Below, one piece after another: positions 1-11,577 of a DNA stretch of 64,000 nucleotides. A program made the position numbers and the translations under genes. How positions within the stretch are numbered: the stretch's first letter is position 1; each line of letters starts with the position of its first letter. This DNA is from an uncultured cyanobacterium (GTDB lineage Bacteria > Cyanobacteriota > Cyanobacteriia > Cyanobacteriales > Nostocaceae): NCBI GenBank assembly GCA_963706595.1, contig OY970166.1, positions 4,256,001 through 4,320,000 on the forward strand, read 5' to 3'. Below the pieces are notes generated by a model, which saw nothing but the letters and a program-made list of their open reading frames with translations, was not told the DNA's origin and searched no databases.

Positions 1-19
1 AATTTTTAATAGCGTTTGT

Positions 20-1276
20 GTGGTTTATTTGAGGTGTCTAATGTTGAAATCAACTTTTAAAAGTATCACAATCATATTTTCGTCTTTGGCAGTGGTGTTA
101 ACAGTCTGTGAGTCAGCTACTGCTCAGTTACGCATCAACCAGAGTAATTCTATCCCACGAGGACAAGAGTCGGAACTTTTAGAGTTTCAGCGTCAAAATA
201 ATCAGCAAATGCGCCAGATGCGGGTGATGCCTAGCTGTCTGTTGGGATCTGGTCTGGGCTGCAACAAAACTGGCACAGTCGTTGAAAAGATGATTAATCA
301 GTTTAATGGCACTAACTACCAAGATATGTTGATGCGAGCAGCTGGTGGTGAAGATAACTACCGTAAGTTTGCAGCTTTTTACGAAAATAATCCTCGGCTA
401 AAGAATGTTCCCTATGCCTCATTTTGGAGGAATGATGATGCCTCTATTCTCGATGGACATCAATACGCTCTTGGAAACTCTGTTAGTCGCAATCCTTTAT
501 CAGGACTCAAAGCTGTCACGAATAACTTTGCTTGGTCTCCGTTATCGAGAGGCACAGAAATCAGTCCTCGTGATGGTTTGCTGAATTTGAAATACTCTTA
601 CGGACGTGTTCTCTTTGAAGAAGTGGCAAAAATTCCCGACTTGGAACAGCAGGTGAGGTCTTTGGATTTGTCCACAGAGATGACCCAATTTTATGTGAAT
701 AATATTTCTCAAGGGTTACGGGCATTAAATACTGGTGATGAGAGGGGACTCAAAGACAGCGTTTTAAAACTACTTTCCTTACCCTACAGGCCAGGCGGCT
801 ATAGCAATGATGGTTGGTACAACCGTAAATTAGCCAACATTCCCGACACCTTGATTGAAGAGTCAGGGAAATCTCTCCCCGGAGATAGTTTTGAGAGCGA
901 AAATCCAGTATTGGGGGGAGAAGACATGAGCATTGCCCTCAATGATCCCACCTTTGAGGAATATTTATTGCCGTCAGGAGGTTCTTTTCTACCTTATGCA
1001 GGCATCGCGCTGCTGCTTTTGCTGATGTTTATGGGAGGGAATGGTGGCTCAAGTCAGCCAGCTAGTTTTGTCGAAGTTCCCTCTGATGTGATCCCCAGCG
1101 ATGTTACTCCCGGTGACAACGATTCTGCTAATGAGCTTGAATTGACAGGCGATATTGATGTTCTAGCACCACAGCAACCCCAAGTTAAGACGGTAGCAGA
1201 GCCGTCAACTCTCTCAGCCTTACTAGTGTTAATGCTGACGGTTTATATACTCAATTACAAACAAAGGTTTATCTAA
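20..1276 (+). CDS. Secreted protein with PEP-CTERM-like C-terminal sorting signal
   Basis: N-terminal signal-like segment; C-terminus VAEPSTLSALLVLMLTVYILNYKQRF (xEP motif, TM helix, basic residues). Start uncertain. Confidence 0.6.
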   Translation: MVYLRCLMLKSTFKSITIIFSSLAVVLTVCESATAQLRINQSNSIPRGQESELLEFQRQNNQQMRQMRVMPSCLLGSGLGCNKTGTVVEKMINQFNGTNYQDMLMRAAGGEDNYRKFAAFYENNPRLKNVPYASFWRNDDASILDGHQYALGNSVSRNPLSGLKAVTNNFAWSPLSRGTEISPRDGLLNLKYSYGRVLFEEVAKIPDLEQQVRSLDLSTEMTQFYVNNISQGLRALNTGDERGLKDSVLKLLSLPYRPGGYSNDGWYNRKLANIPDTLIEESGKSLPGDSFESENPVLGGEDMSIALNDPTFEEYLLPSGGSFLPYAGIALLLLLMFMGGNGGSSQPASFVEVPSDVIPSDVTPGDNDSANELELTGDIDVLAPQQPQVKTVAEPSTLSALLVLMLTVYILNYKQRFI

Positions 1277-1298
1277 ATACTTAAGCGATCGCGCCAAT

Positions 1299-1338
1299 AA
1301 AAAATCCCTCGATTAGTCATCGAGGGATTTCTATTTTT
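1299..1338. terminator. Intrinsic terminator-like hairpin
   Basis: Perfect 12-bp inverted repeat AAATCCCTCGAT/ATCGAGGGATTT (1302-1330) with A-rich and T-rich flanks. Confidence 0.7.
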
Positions 1339-1436
1339 AGTACTTTGCACATGAAATGTATCCCACAGAAATAGTGTATCTATCCTTTTGAAATTATGTG
1401 TGCCAAAATGCCAATTTAACGCGACTCATTCAATCC

Positions 1437-2156
1437 ATGACGGCTCTTAATCATTTGTGGCTACCTGTACCGAAAAGTTTGACTTTATTACCAAATGATG
1501 TACATATCTGGCGGATTAACCTTGATGTCCCAGAAGCACAGCGACAAAATTTGCTAGCAACCCTATCGGGTGACGAAGTTTCTCGTGCTAACCGCTTCCA
1601 TTTTCCGGAGCATCAGCAGCGTTTTATTGCGGGGCGCGGTATCCTCCGGAGTATATTGGCTAGCTACTTGGGTATTGAGCCGCAACAAGTCCTGTTTGAC
1701 TATCAAGAGCGTGGTAAACCAGTGTTAGCGGCTACTTTAGCTAGCAGTGGCTTATGGTTTAATTTGTCTCATTCCCAGGGGTTAGCGCTGTGTGCAGTCA
1801 ATTATCACAGTCAAATTGGCATAGATTTAGAGTATATGCGCCCAATGTCGGATGTGGAAGCCCTTGCCAAAAGGTTCTTTTTGCCGAGAGAATATGAGGT
1901 AGTGCGATCGCTATCTTCTGACCAACAGCAAGAAATATTTTTCCGTTATTGGACTTGTAAGGAAGCTTATTTAAAAGCCACTGGAGAAGGACTAGCTCAG
2001 TTAGAGCAAATTGAAATATTACTCAGTTCCACAGCACCAGCCCAGTTACAGACATCTAAAAATTGGAGTCTATTTGAGCTAACGCCTGCTAAGAATTATC
2101 TTGCTGCTGTGGTTGTGGCGGCTTCAGGTTGTCATTTGAAGTTTTGGCAATACTGA
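1437..2156 (+). CDS. hetI: Sfp-type 4'-phosphopantetheinyl transferase HetI
   Basis: FNLSHS, IGIDLE and WTCKEAYLKATG motifs; convergent with hetN at the island end. ATG 1437 preferred over ORF start 1398. Confidence 0.92.
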   Translation: MTALNHLWLPVPKSLTLLPNDVHIWRINLDVPEAQRQNLLATLSGDEVSRANRFHFPEHQQRFIAGRGILRSILASYLGIEPQQVLFDYQERGKPVLAATLASSGLWFNLSHSQGLALCAVNYHSQIGIDLEYMRPMSDVEALAKRFFLPREYEVVRSLSSDQQQEIFFRYWTCKEAYLKATGEGLAQLEQIEILLSSTAPAQLQTSKNWSLFELTPAKNYLAAVVVAASGCHLKFWQY

Positions 2157-2960
2157 TTAGTTATCTTCTTGCATATTTCTCACAATCTTTGTCACTAGCC
2201 TTCTGGGGGTAAAGCTGACACTTTTGGCGAGAATTTGATTGATTAAACCAGGAATGACAATGGTTTGACCTTTCATTAAGGCCGCATAGCCAATTTTAGC
2301 AACCGTTGCGGCATCCATCATCCTTTTCCCCTTCAGCAGTTTAGAATCTGCCATCCCCGTTCGTTGATGAAAGGCAGATGCGGTTGAGCCTGGGCAGAGT
2401 ACCGTCACCGTCACACCTGTACCTTCTAATTCATTAGCGATCGCCTCAGAAAATGATAAAATGTAACCCTTGGTAGCAAAATAGACCGCCATCAACGGGC
2501 CAGGTTGAAAAGCTGCCGCCGAAGAAACGTTTAATATCTTGCCATAGCCTTGCTTGACCATATCCTTCAGAAATAGCTTAGTTAAATGGGTCAAACACAC
2601 CACATTTAGTTGCAGCATTTCCAACTCAGATGTTAAATCTGTTTCGTTAAACAATCCATAAATCCCAAATCCGGCATTATTCACCAGCACATCAACATGA
2701 ATGTTTGCAGCTTGCAACTCCGTGAAAATTTCTTGGGGAGATGTGGATATAGATAAATCCTTGACAATAGTTGTCACAAAATTGCCAAATTCTGCGTGAA
2801 ATTTAAGCGCAATTTCTTGGAGTTTTACCCCAATTCGATCTACCAATACTAAATTGTAATTATTAGCAGCAAAGATATATGCTAGTTCGTAGCCAATACC
2901 ACCCGCCGCCCCAGTAATCAGAGCAGTTTGTTTGTGTTGAACTTGGTTTATTGTATTCAT
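2157..2960 (-). CDS. hetN: Short-chain dehydrogenase/ketoacyl reductase at the hetN position
   Basis: TGAAGGIG, NNAG and YxxxK (YFATK) SDR motifs; between hglB and hetI. Lacks RGSGR. Confidence 0.75.
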   Translation of the reverse strand: MNTINQVQHKQTALITGAAGGIGYELAYIFAANNYNLVLVDRIGVKLQEIALKFHAEFGNFVTTIVKDLSISTSPQEIFTELQAANIHVDVLVNNAGFGIYGLFNETDLTSELEMLQLNVVCLTHLTKLFLKDMVKQGYGKILNVSSAAAFQPGPLMAVYFATKGYILSFSEAIANELEGTGVTVTVLCPGSTASAFHQRTGMADSKLLKGKRMMDAATVAKIGYAALMKGQTIVIPGLINQILAKSVSFTPRRLVTKIVRNMQEDN

Positions 2961-3225
2961 ATTAGAAGATTGGTGAATTCAATTTGCTCGATCTGCCTGA
3001 AATTGAAAGTGGCTTTCCGTGATGTCCAATTTAATAATTGTGCTTGCAACTACTAACATTATTACAGTTCCTTATCCTTTGAACTGCTTGCGTGACCAGA
3101 TGTCAATATAGTGAAAAGTTCATCAAGGTCTTTCACTTTGTACAAAATCCTAACAAACACGATTCGTATATATTTAATTGTTATGATTTCCAAATAAAAA
3201 AATACTCAATCATCCATATCATAGC

Positions 3226-3264
3226 CCCCTCCTCGCAAGCGAGGAGGGGGTTGGGGGTGGGTTT
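3226..3264. repeat. REP-like palindromic dispersed repeat
   Basis: CCCCCTCCTCGCAAGCGAGGAGGGGG hairpin plus GGGGGTGGG tail; related copies near 11696-11727 and 44221-44257. Confidence 0.65.
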
Positions 3265-3469
3265 CTTGTATCTCACTCAACTGAGAACCGCCATAACACT
3301 CATAGCAAAAGCTTCTCAAAACCTTACAAGTAAGTTAACGGGAATAAATCTAATTAAATTTCAATATCTCTTATCAAAATAAAGTAGAGACGTTTAATCA
3401 AACGTCTCTACTCTTACTTACTATCTGTTAGTATTGGGTCAATTTGATGTTTATTGACCAGAGAAGAAA

Positions 3470-4963
3470 TTAGGCTAGAGTTAAGAAGCCAGTCTGAATC
3501 AAATAGGAAGTGTAAGTCATCAATAATTGAGAATCAATTGGTGGACAAACAATAGAACTACCTGCGAGCGCTTTCAGAGTTTGCTGACAGCTAATAGTTG
3601 GTCTTCTCGCTTGCAGATACAAATCAGGAATAGTCAATTGTTCATCAGACCAACGTTCTAGTAAGAAAGGACGCAAGGTATATAAAGGATTCTCGACAGA
3701 AGAGACATTATTGATTAACTCTGATTGCCATTGTTCGTAGGGAATCATCTCTACAGGATAACCAAAAGACCGCACCCATTCAACTAAATCTTTTAAAGAA
3801 ATTGGTTGCGGATGTTGTAAATGGAAAGCCTTACCAATAGATTGTTTTTGTCTGGATAAGTAAACAACGGCTTTACTTACATAGTCCACAGGGGACATAT
3901 CTAACATATAATCTACATCAGGGAAGCTTCCCATTTGTAAACAGCCTTTAGTCATTAAATTGATAAAATCATGGGTATTACAAATACCTGTTTTGCTATC
4001 CCCTGAAATTAATGGCGGTCTGTGAATAGTTACAGGTAAACCTCGCTCACGGGCAACTTTAACTAATTTTTCTGCCACCCATTTAGTCTGAGAATAACCA
4101 AGGTAAATACCTTCCCAATGATTAAAGTCATCCTGTTCTTCTACGAGATGTCCAGCATAAGCAGTTGATTCAAAAACAGCGATACTGGAAACGTAATGCA
4201 CAGGCTTGACTTTAGTCTGACAAGCTAATCTCAAAATTTCTTGAGTACCTAAAACATTGGCTGTTTTTAGTGCTGAATAGGGATAAACATAATTCAGCAA
4301 AGCCGCACTGTGATAGATAGTATCAATATGGCTAGCTAAAATGTGAAACTGTTCAGAATCAATACCCAAAAGTGGTTGGGCTAAATCACCAACAATAGCA
4401 ATAATTCGAGAATTAAATTTCTCATCCCAAATTGCATACTGTTCTAAATTCTTTTGCAGTTTGCTTTTGCCTTCTTCTGTATTAGCAGCGCGGACTAAGC
4501 AATATATATCCGCATCGGTTTCTTGTAGTAGTTCCCTGATAATAAAAGCGCCTAAAAAACCAGTGCCGCCAGTTAAAAAGATATGCTTGGGTTCACCTGT
4601 AAATACACTCACTGCATTACTAGGATGAATAGTGGGGTCAAGCACAACTTCATCTGCCAGATTTACAACTGAAGTGTTAACTTGACCATCTTTCACCTCT
4701 AAACCTTCTTGTAATTCTTCAGCTAAACGCTGAGAAAGAGATGCAATATTTGGGTAATGCCATAGCAGAACCGGAGCAGGTTGAAAACCCAATAATTTTT
4801 CTAATTTGCTGACCAGAGTCATCGCTTGCGCGGAATCCAAACCATAGTTTTCTAAATTTTCGTTGATGTCTATCTCATCAGTTTCTAAACTGATTAACTC
4901 AGCCAGATTAGTCACCAGCCATGCTTGAATATCTGCGGCGCTATAAGTTTGTTTTAGAGTCAT
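3470..4963 (-). CDS. hglB: HglB (HetM): ACP plus thioester reductase
   Basis: ACP motif [15 protein letters not shown] and [10 protein letters not shown] reductase motifs. ATG 4963 preferred. Confidence 0.93.
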   Translation of the reverse strand: MTLKQTYSAADIQAWLVTNLAELISLETDEIDINENLENYGLDSAQAMTLVSKLEKLLGFQPAPVLLWHYPNIASLSQRLAEELQEGLEVKDGQVNTSVVNLADEVVLDPTIHPSNAVSVFTGEPKHIFLTGGTGFLGAFIIRELLQETDADIYCLVRAANTEEGKSKLQKNLEQYAIWDEKFNSRIIAIVGDLAQPLLGIDSEQFHILASHIDTIYHSAALLNYVYPYSALKTANVLGTQEILRLACQTKVKPVHYVSSIAVFESTAYAGHLVEEQDDFNHWEGIYLGYSQTKWVAEKLVKVARERGLPVTIHRPPLISGDSKTGICNTHDFINLMTKGCLQMGSFPDVDYMLDMSPVDYVSKAVVYLSRQKQSIGKAFHLQHPQPISLKDLVEWVRSFGYPVEMIPYEQWQSELINNVSSVENPLYTLRPFLLERWSDEQLTIPDLYLQARRPTISCQQTLKALAGSSIVCPPIDSQLLMTYTSYLIQTGFLTLA

Positions 4964-4965
4964 TT

Positions 4966-6639
4966 TTACATCTCCAATAAACGAGAAAAATCTGGGCAAT
5001 ATTGACTGTAATCATCGGGGATTTGCATTCCTTGAATTTTCAAGCTTTGAATGCGATATAAAAATGCTGCTCCAGTCATGATGTGATGAGCAACATCAAC
5101 TACCCGACGATTATTTGGTTCAGCTAAATAAGAACCTCGCACCCAATCATTAAAACTACCCATTGCTGGGCCACACCAAATTTGATAATCGACTTCTCTA
5201 CCTTTTTCCCCAGAACTAGACCACCGAGAAGATAATCCTAAATACCAGCGAAAAATTAACGCCATTTTCAGCTTGGGATTATTAACTGCTTTGCCTAGTT
5301 TTTCGGGGTTTTTCTGGGATAAATAAGTTGCTGTTCCTTCCCAGACTTCAGCCAGAGTTTTGCGGAAAATTTGCTTTTCTAATTTCTGTCTTTCTGCTAG
5401 GGGAATTTCTTCAATTGAGTTATAGTTACGGTACAATTCATACAACTTTTGCGCCCGCATGGGGAACATTGTGCCGCGTTTGAGAACTTGCAGTTTCACA
5501 CCCATTTCAAACATATCGGCGGCTGGAGCCATAATCATATCCGCCATTTCAGCTTGAGCTAATAATTTTTTGGTATAATCACAAGCTCCAGATTCAATGC
5601 AGGACTGATTAATTGAGCCAGTCATAATGTAAGCCGCACCCATCATAAAAGCTGCTAAGGCTGATTCTGGTGTGGCAATTCCGCCAGCTACTCCAATTCT
5701 AATTGGTTGTTGATATTGAAATTGTTCTTGGATTTCATTCCGCAAACTAATAATAGAAGGTAATAAACAGACTAAAGGACGATTATCTGTATGTCCGCCA
5801 GAATCAGCTTCGACGGTGATATCATCAGCCATCGGCACTTTAGTTGCCAGTTTGGCTTGTAAATCAGTAATTAATCCTTGTTCCAGGAGTTCTTTTAATA
5901 TTCTGGCTGGTGCTGGTTGGAGAAATTTACTGGCTACTTCTCGACGGGAAACTTTGGCAATGACTTTGTTTTTAATTTCAATTTGATTGGCATCATTTAA
6001 ACTTAGTCCGGCAACACGGTAATAAACTATGTTGGGGGTTAAATCTAAAAATGCTGAAGCTTCTACGGTTCTTACTTGATATTTGAGATATAAGTTCACA
6101 GCACGGCGTTCAATTGCCATGTCGTTAGGGCTGTGAATTAAATTGAAGGCGTAGGGACCATGAGGTAAGGCTGATTGAATGCTTTTAATGGCTGTTTCTA
6201 AACGTTCTGGAGGTAAGCCACCTGCACCAAATGAACTCAAAATTTTGGCTTTTCCTAGTGCAATAACCATTTCTTCGGAGGCTATTCCGCCAGCCATTGC
6301 GCCAGTTACATAAGCATATTTTACGCCATGAGCAGCTAGGAAATTTGGATCTCCTAGTTGTTGTAGATTGATTGGGGGAATAACGGTGAGGAGTTCTGGT
6401 TGTGCTGTGGTGTTATTTTCTGAAGGGCATAAGTAGCCTTCGTTTGTGACACCAATTTTTCCGGCAATTTTGAGGATGTAGCAGGGTTTATCTAATGTTA
6501 ATAGTTTGTTTTTGATGGCTGATTCCTGGAAGGATATGCTATCTAATGCACCTTTCCAGGTGAGGTTTTGACTGTGGGGATTGGTGGGAAATTTTAGGCT
6601 ATTATTGTGTTGGTCTGGTAGTGTGTCTACGGGAATCAC
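4966..6639 (-). CDS. hglA: HglA, PfaD-family enoyl reductase
   Basis: [22 protein letters not shown] and [11 protein letters not shown] motifs typical of PfaD. Confidence 0.93.
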   Translation of the reverse strand: MIPVDTLPDQHNNSLKFPTNPHSQNLTWKGALDSISFQESAIKNKLLTLDKPCYILKIAGKIGVTNEGYLCPSENNTTAQPELLTVIPPINLQQLGDPNFLAAHGVKYAYVTGAMAGGIASEEMVIALGKAKILSSFGAGGLPPERLETAIKSIQSALPHGPYAFNLIHSPNDMAIERRAVNLYLKYQVRTVEASAFLDLTPNIVYYRVAGLSLNDANQIEIKNKVIAKVSRREVASKFLQPAPARILKELLEQGLITDLQAKLATKVPMADDITVEADSGGHTDNRPLVCLLPSIISLRNEIQEQFQYQQPIRIGVAGGIATPESALAAFMMGAAYIMTGSINQSCIESGACDYTKKLLAQAEMADMIMAPAADMFEMGVKLQVLKRGTMFPMRAQKLYELYRNYNSIEEIPLAERQKLEKQIFRKTLAEVWEGTATYLSQKNPEKLGKAVNNPKLKMALIFRWYLGLSSRWSSSGEKGREVDYQIWCGPAMGSFNDWVRGSYLAEPNNRRVVDVAHHIMTGAAFLYRIQSLKIQGMQIPDDYSQYCPDFSRLLEM

Positions 6640-6675
6640 GGTGGTTATACCTCAATTTGTTAATGATGGGTTATT

Positions 6676-6887
6676 AACGAACCGCCAAGTCGCCAAGTAC
6701 GCCAAGAAGAGAAGGAGAGATTTTTATTTGATAGTTAGCATGGCTGAATGAGAGTCGGGAGTTATGGAATAACGAACCGCAGAGGACACAGAGTACACAG
6801 AGGAATGAGAGTTTGAGAGGTTTTGTGCGTAAGTCCTAAACCGGATTTCTCATCTCTTACTCTCTGCGCCTCTGCGTCTTGGCGTGA
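6676..6887. repeat. Cluster of Nostocales small dispersed repeats
   Basis: AACGAACCGCCAAG-tCGCCAAG, AACGAACCGCAGAGGACACAGAG and CTCTGCGCCTCTGCGTC motifs that recur near 11770, 13554-13712, 46509 and 63729-63785. Confidence 0.6.
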
Positions 6888-6906
6888 GACTAATTCATGA
6901 TTTCAA

Positions 6907-9900
6907 TCAAGTTTGTTCATTCAATAAGTTTTCGGCACAAACTAGCTGTAATTGAATGATTTCGCTCATCTGTTTACTAAAATCTTTTCTGGCTTGGAGG
7001 AATGCCGCGTGATTTTGAGTTATTCTGTAATTGTTATCGCTCAGTTTTTGATACTGGGTTTTGTTTAATTCGGACATTCTAATTGTGTTATCAAGTTGAT
7101 GGTTTATAGCTGGAGATGACACAATTGGTTGCTGGATTTTCTGTGCCAGAACTGTTGACTCAGAAGATTGTAATTCTTCTGGAATCTCAAAACCGTGTTC
7201 CATGATATTTTTTGTTGGGTGTTCTGCTGGCTGGGTTGGGGAATTTAGGTTTTCTAATTCGCTGGAAATTGGTATGTTTTGATGCAGTTTTTCTACCCGA
7301 TAACTGTTGAGGTTTTTGGCGATATTTTGGAAGTATTTACGGTTTTCTTCACTTAAAATTGCACCTGCAATTGATTTACCGCCCAAGGTAATTGTTCTTA
7401 GGGTTAATTTGTTTTGTTTGGTTGTGGCTGTACTGAGATTGTACAGAGGTGATAAATCTAAATTCACCCGATGGCTAACAAGTTTTGCTAAGGCTTTGAC
7501 CATTGATGTGTGGTCATCCATACCTCTACGATTGAGGGATACGGTAATGTGTTCTTTGTTTTCTAAGATTTTACTAATCCATCGAGAACAAACTCCACCA
7601 GCGCCAGCTTCGACAAATATTTTCACGCCATCGTCATAGACACGGTTGACTAATTGGGGAAAGTCAAGTTGTTGGCAAAGTCCGGTGGCTATGCTTTTAG
7701 CTATGACATCTCTATCAAGTTTGATGGGTTGATACTCGGCGGCTGAGTAAAATGTGATGTCTGGTAAGTCTTGGGTAGGTAAGCTATTAACTTTGGCGAT
7801 TTCTTCGTATTCTGACCGCATAGCTTCACAATGAATTACATGGTCGAAGGGTGCGGGGAAGGAGTTACAACCCAAAGTTTGAATTACTCTCTGACAAGCT
7901 GTTTTTTCACCAGCAATTAAGACTTCTTCTGGTGTGTTGATTTGAGTTAAATAAACTCGTGACTCATGTTTTAAACATTCTTCCACCTGGGAAGGTTTCG
8001 CCATGAGGACATAAGTCGCCCAGAAGTTATCTTCTTGTAATTCTGTGCTATCTGTTAAGCCCCAATACTGACGCACCGCATTTTTTGCACCTGATAATTT
8101 ATCTCCAAATAAAGGTGATGAATTTAAGGTATTACTTCCGCCTTCAAAATCACTCCAAACTCCTTGGGCTACCATCATGCTGGTTTCACCTAAGCTATAG
8201 CCAAAGACGCATTTTGGTTTCACTTGAAAGTCGTCTCGGAAAATCGCTGTCATGTATCTAGCGAAGGCGATTTCACTTTCAAACATTCCTAGAGAATCAT
8301 CTAACAATTCTTTTTCGAGGGTTTCTAGTTGTCTGGTGGCGAGTTTGGGGAAGCTGCGGGGATAAACCAATTTCTCTACATCAGCAGCACGGTTATAGAG
8401 GTTATTACTCTTTAAGTCCTCAAAAACTTTGGGAAATAATCGGAACACTGTCCGACCAATACCAATGTAGGAATTAACGGCGGCTGGATAAACATAAGCG
8501 ACACTTGCAGTTTTACCTAACGGTTTGGCTGTAAAGTAACTACCTAATGGTGTTAACCAGTCTGTACCTTTTTCAAAGGCTATATTTACACCTTTACGTG
8601 CAGCATCAATTTGTTTGAGGAGTTCTTTTTTGTTACGTCCGGTAATTGTTAGAGCATATTTACTTTCAGAATACTCTTTAAAAGTTGTGAAGGTTTGACT
8701 GGCTGTAGTTGATAAACAAGAACTATCTGCAATAGTTTTTTCGAGATTATTTAAAACCTCTTGTAAGTTGTTTTGATTCTCAGCTGCTACAGGGAATAGA
8801 TGAAAAGGCATTTGCTGTAAATACCGACTGTCACGTTCTTCTTGGTTTGGGTCTTCAGATAAGATAACGTGAGCATAAGTCTCGTCTATACCTATGCTAT
8901 TAATGGCGGCTATACGACGCGTACTACCTTTATCGACAAACCAAGGTCTGGACTCTGTAGCTACATAAAAAGGGCTACCTGACCATTTTTGTGGAGTCTT
9001 TGCACCAGACCATTTAGGAGTGGCGGGAATGTATCTGTAATAGAGACAGAGGGCGGTTTTGATTAAACTAGCAATTCCCGATGCTGTGTATGTATGACCA
9101 ATATTAGCCTTGACGCTACCAATGGCACATTGCAAACCATTTCCAGTTTGGGGATAAGCCTGTAATAACCCGGTAATTTCGGCTTCATCTTGTTGAGGAA
9201 TACCACTACCAAACACCTCTACATAGTTAATCTCTTGAGGTTTAATTTTGGCTATGTCAAAAGCTTGGTGACAAGCATCGTTTGTGGCTGCTGCAAAACT
9301 GACTGCATCCAGGACAGCATATATTTTGTGGTTGTCTTGTTGAGCCGTATCATGACGCTTGAGGACAACGGCACCAGCACCTTCTCCGACCATCCAACCA
9401 TCGGCATTTTCGTCAAAGCTTAAGGTGTTGATACCTTGATTTATTTTGGCTAATTGACTGCGTAACAAGACATTTTCTACACCTCCAGCCAAATCAATTG
9501 CACCTAAAACTACAGCTTCAACTTCTCCAGAGGCTAGTAACATTTGTGCGACTTCTAAGGCTTTGAGAGCAGAGTTTTCACCAGCCGTCATTGTGAAAGC
9601 GGGTCCTGTGAAATTCCATAAGGCGGAAATTCTACCTGCCATAATATTGGCGATGTGACTGACATACTCGCTGGTTTCAACGGGATGATGAATACTATCT
9701 TTAACTACGCCTTCTAACTGTGAAAGTTCTGCATCTGGCAAAGAGATATTATCCTCTAATAAGCCCTCTTTTACCTGCCAAGATAAATCCCATCTTTGTT
9801 GTAATTGATGCACAGAAAGCTCGGTTTCCGCCGCTACAATTACGGCGACATTTCCACCTTCTTTGAGTCCTGCATCTTCAACAGCACGGTTAGCAACTTT

Positions 9901-11577
9901 TAACAGTAACAGTTGTTGGGGATTGAGTTTTTCAACTTCGTTTGGAGGAACCTTACAGGCTAAAGTATCAATGTCAAAGTCTTGAATGTATGCTCCAATT
10001 GGTGCTTTACCATCCTCTAAACCATACTCTTGCAGTAAGTCTGTTTGCTCGTCTATACCTTGCCATCTAGATGAGGGTAGAGGAATAAAATGCTGTTTTC
10101 CTTCGTAAATACTGCGCTCAAAGGCATCTAATCCGTTACATCCACCGAAAAAGGCATCCATGCCTACAATAGCGACTTTGGCAGGTTCTACAGGTGAATC
10201 TGAGTTAATATCTAGGGCTGTATTTCCTTGTTCAATAATTAAGTGGGAATTAGTTCCGCCAAAACCAAAGGCGCTGATGGCTGCTCGTTTAATTGGTGTA
10301 TTTTTGTGAGGCCAGGCTGTGGCTTTTCTGACAATATTATCACTGGAAATAACGTTATTGTCTGAGGCTAAAGGGACATCAACATTAATAGTAGGTGGAA
10401 TGACGTTCTGAGACATACTCAGAATTACTTTTGTCAAGCCTACCATCCCAGCAGCAGTTAATAAATGCCCGACGTTAGCTTTAGCAGAACCTACTAAGGG
10501 TGAGGCTTGATGTTGTCCAAAAAAGGTTGCTATGGAGTTGAGTTCTGTGGTGTCTCCCAGCAATGTTCCAGTAGCATGACATTCTAAATAGTCGATGCTT
10601 TGGGGACTAATTTGAGCTTCTTTATAGGCTCGTTCAAAGGCGAGAACTTGTCCTTTGGTATTGGGGCTGAGTAGGTGCTTACCTTTACCATCGTTGGAGA
10701 GTCCATTACCGCAAATTGTGGCGAGAATATTATCTCCATCTCTGACAGCATCGGTGTATCTTTTCAGAACTACCATCCCTACACCATCACCGGGAATCAA
10801 ACCTCTGGATGTCTTATCTAAAGGGCGACTTGTACCGTCTTCTGCAAAGCCTTGGACACCAGAAAAGAGCATTCGCACAAATAGCGAGTCTGCACAACTG
10901 ATGGCTCCGGCTAACATCATGTCAGCTTTATGAGATGATAGGTAATGAGAGGCTAGTTTTATGGCATAAAATGAGGATGAACAAGCCGCATCTAGACATA
11001 AGTTAATTCTAGATAATGATAAGGCTTGAGCAACTATTGATGCTGGTAAGCCGGAAATCATCGCATTGTAAACAGATGCTTTGGTTGTTGTGGGTAAACC
11101 AGCTAAATCGAAGTTTTCATGCTGCAAAAGTTCTTTAACAGCAGGTGCGATCGCTTGCTGATAAATAGGGGAGAATAATTGATGGGAAAGTCTGGTTGGG
11201 AATGACAGATTACCCAGAATTACGCCACATTTAGCGAGGAGGTTTTGATTTCCCCAGTAGCCACTATTTTTAATGGCTTGTTTGGCTGCATATAATGACC
11301 ATTTAAAGCTGTCGTCTAAACCAGCAAGTAATTCTGAGGGGAGATTGTATTCAGACGCATCAAATTCAAAGTCCCGGATGTAGCCACCTTTGAGGGAATA
11401 TGTTTTATCTGGTGTGCCTTTGACTGGGTTGTAAAAAATAGTGGGATCTACCCCAATTTCGGCGATGGTGGCTGATGATGTGGCATCTTTTTTGTTAATC
11501 AGATTCTGCCAAAATTCTTCAGGGTTTTTAGCATCGGGAAATAGGCTGGATAATCCGATGATGGCTATTTTTTGCAT
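6907..11577 (-). CDS. hglCD: Fused HglD-HglC polyketide synthase (KS, KS-like/CLF, AT)
   Basis: KS with DAACSS, HATGT and GHLL; second KS-like domain without the catalytic Cys (TAGENSA); AT with GYSLG; single 1556-aa ORF. Confidence 0.88.
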   Translation of the reverse strand: MQKIAIIGLSSLFPDAKNPEEFWQNLINKKDATSSATIAEIGVDPTIFYNPVKGTPDKTYSLKGGYIRDFEFDASEYNLPSELLAGLDDSFKWSLYAAKQAIKNSGYWGNQNLLAKCGVILGNLSFPTRLSHQLFSPIYQQAIAPAVKELLQHENFDLAGLPTTTKASVYNAMISGLPASIVAQALSLSRINLCLDAACSSSFYAIKLASHYLSSHKADMMLAGAISCADSLFVRMLFSGVQGFAEDGTSRPLDKTSRGLIPGDGVGMVVLKRYTDAVRDGDNILATICGNGLSNDGKGKHLLSPNTKGQVLAFERAYKEAQISPQSIDYLECHATGTLLGDTTELNSIATFFGQHQASPLVGSAKANVGHLLTAAGMVGLTKVILSMSQNVIPPTINVDVPLASDNNVISSDNIVRKATAWPHKNTPIKRAAISAFGFGGTNSHLIIEQGNTALDINSDSPVEPAKVAIVGMDAFFGGCNGLDAFERSIYEGKQHFIPLPSSRWQGIDEQTDLLQEYGLEDGKAPIGAYIQDFDIDTLACKVPPNEVEKLNPQQLLLLKVANRAVEDAGLKEGGNVAVIVAAETELSVHQLQQRWDLSWQVKEGLLEDNISLPDAELSQLEGVVKDSIHHPVETSEYVSHIANIMAGRISALWNFTGPAFTMTAGENSALKALEVAQMLLASGEVEAVVLGAIDLAGGVENVLLRSQLAKINQGINTLSFDENADGWMVGEGAGAVVLKRHDTAQQDNHKIYAVLDAVSFAAATNDACHQAFDIAKIKPQEINYVEVFGSGIPQQDEAEITGLLQAYPQTGNGLQCAIGSVKANIGHTYTASGIASLIKTALCLYYRYIPATPKWSGAKTPQKWSGSPFYVATESRPWFVDKGSTRRIAAINSIGIDETYAHVILSEDPNQEERDSRYLQQMPFHLFPVAAENQNNLQEVLNNLEKTIADSSCLSTTASQTFTTFKEYSESKYALTITGRNKKELLKQIDAARKGVNIAFEKGTDWLTPLGSYFTAKPLGKTASVAYVYPAAVNSYIGIGRTVFRLFPKVFEDLKSNNLYNRAADVEKLVYPRSFPKLATRQLETLEKELLDDSLGMFESEIAFARYMTAIFRDDFQVKPKCVFGYSLGETSMMVAQGVWSDFEGGSNTLNSSPLFGDKLSGAKNAVRQYWGLTDSTELQEDNFWATYVLMAKPSQVEECLKHESRVYLTQINTPEEVLIAGEKTACQRVIQTLGCNSFPAPFDHVIHCEAMRSEYEEIAKVNSLPTQDLPDITFYSAAEYQPIKLDRDVIAKSIATGLCQQLDFPQLVNRVYDDGVKIFVEAGAGGVCSRWISKILENKEHITVSLNRRGMDDHTSMVKALAKLVSHRVNLDLSPLYNLSTATTKQNKLTLRTITLGGKSIAGAILSEENRKYFQNIAKNLNSYRVEKLHQNIPISSELENLNSPTQPAEHPTKNIMEHGFEIPEELQSSESTVLAQKIQQPIVSSPAINHQLDNTIRMSELNKTQYQKLSDNNYRITQNHAAFLQARKDFSKQMSEIIQLQLVCAENLLNEQT

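Noticed and set aside
3092..3382. 96-aa ORF between hetN and hglB
   Set aside because: Runs through a REP-like repeat and AT-rich promoter DNA.
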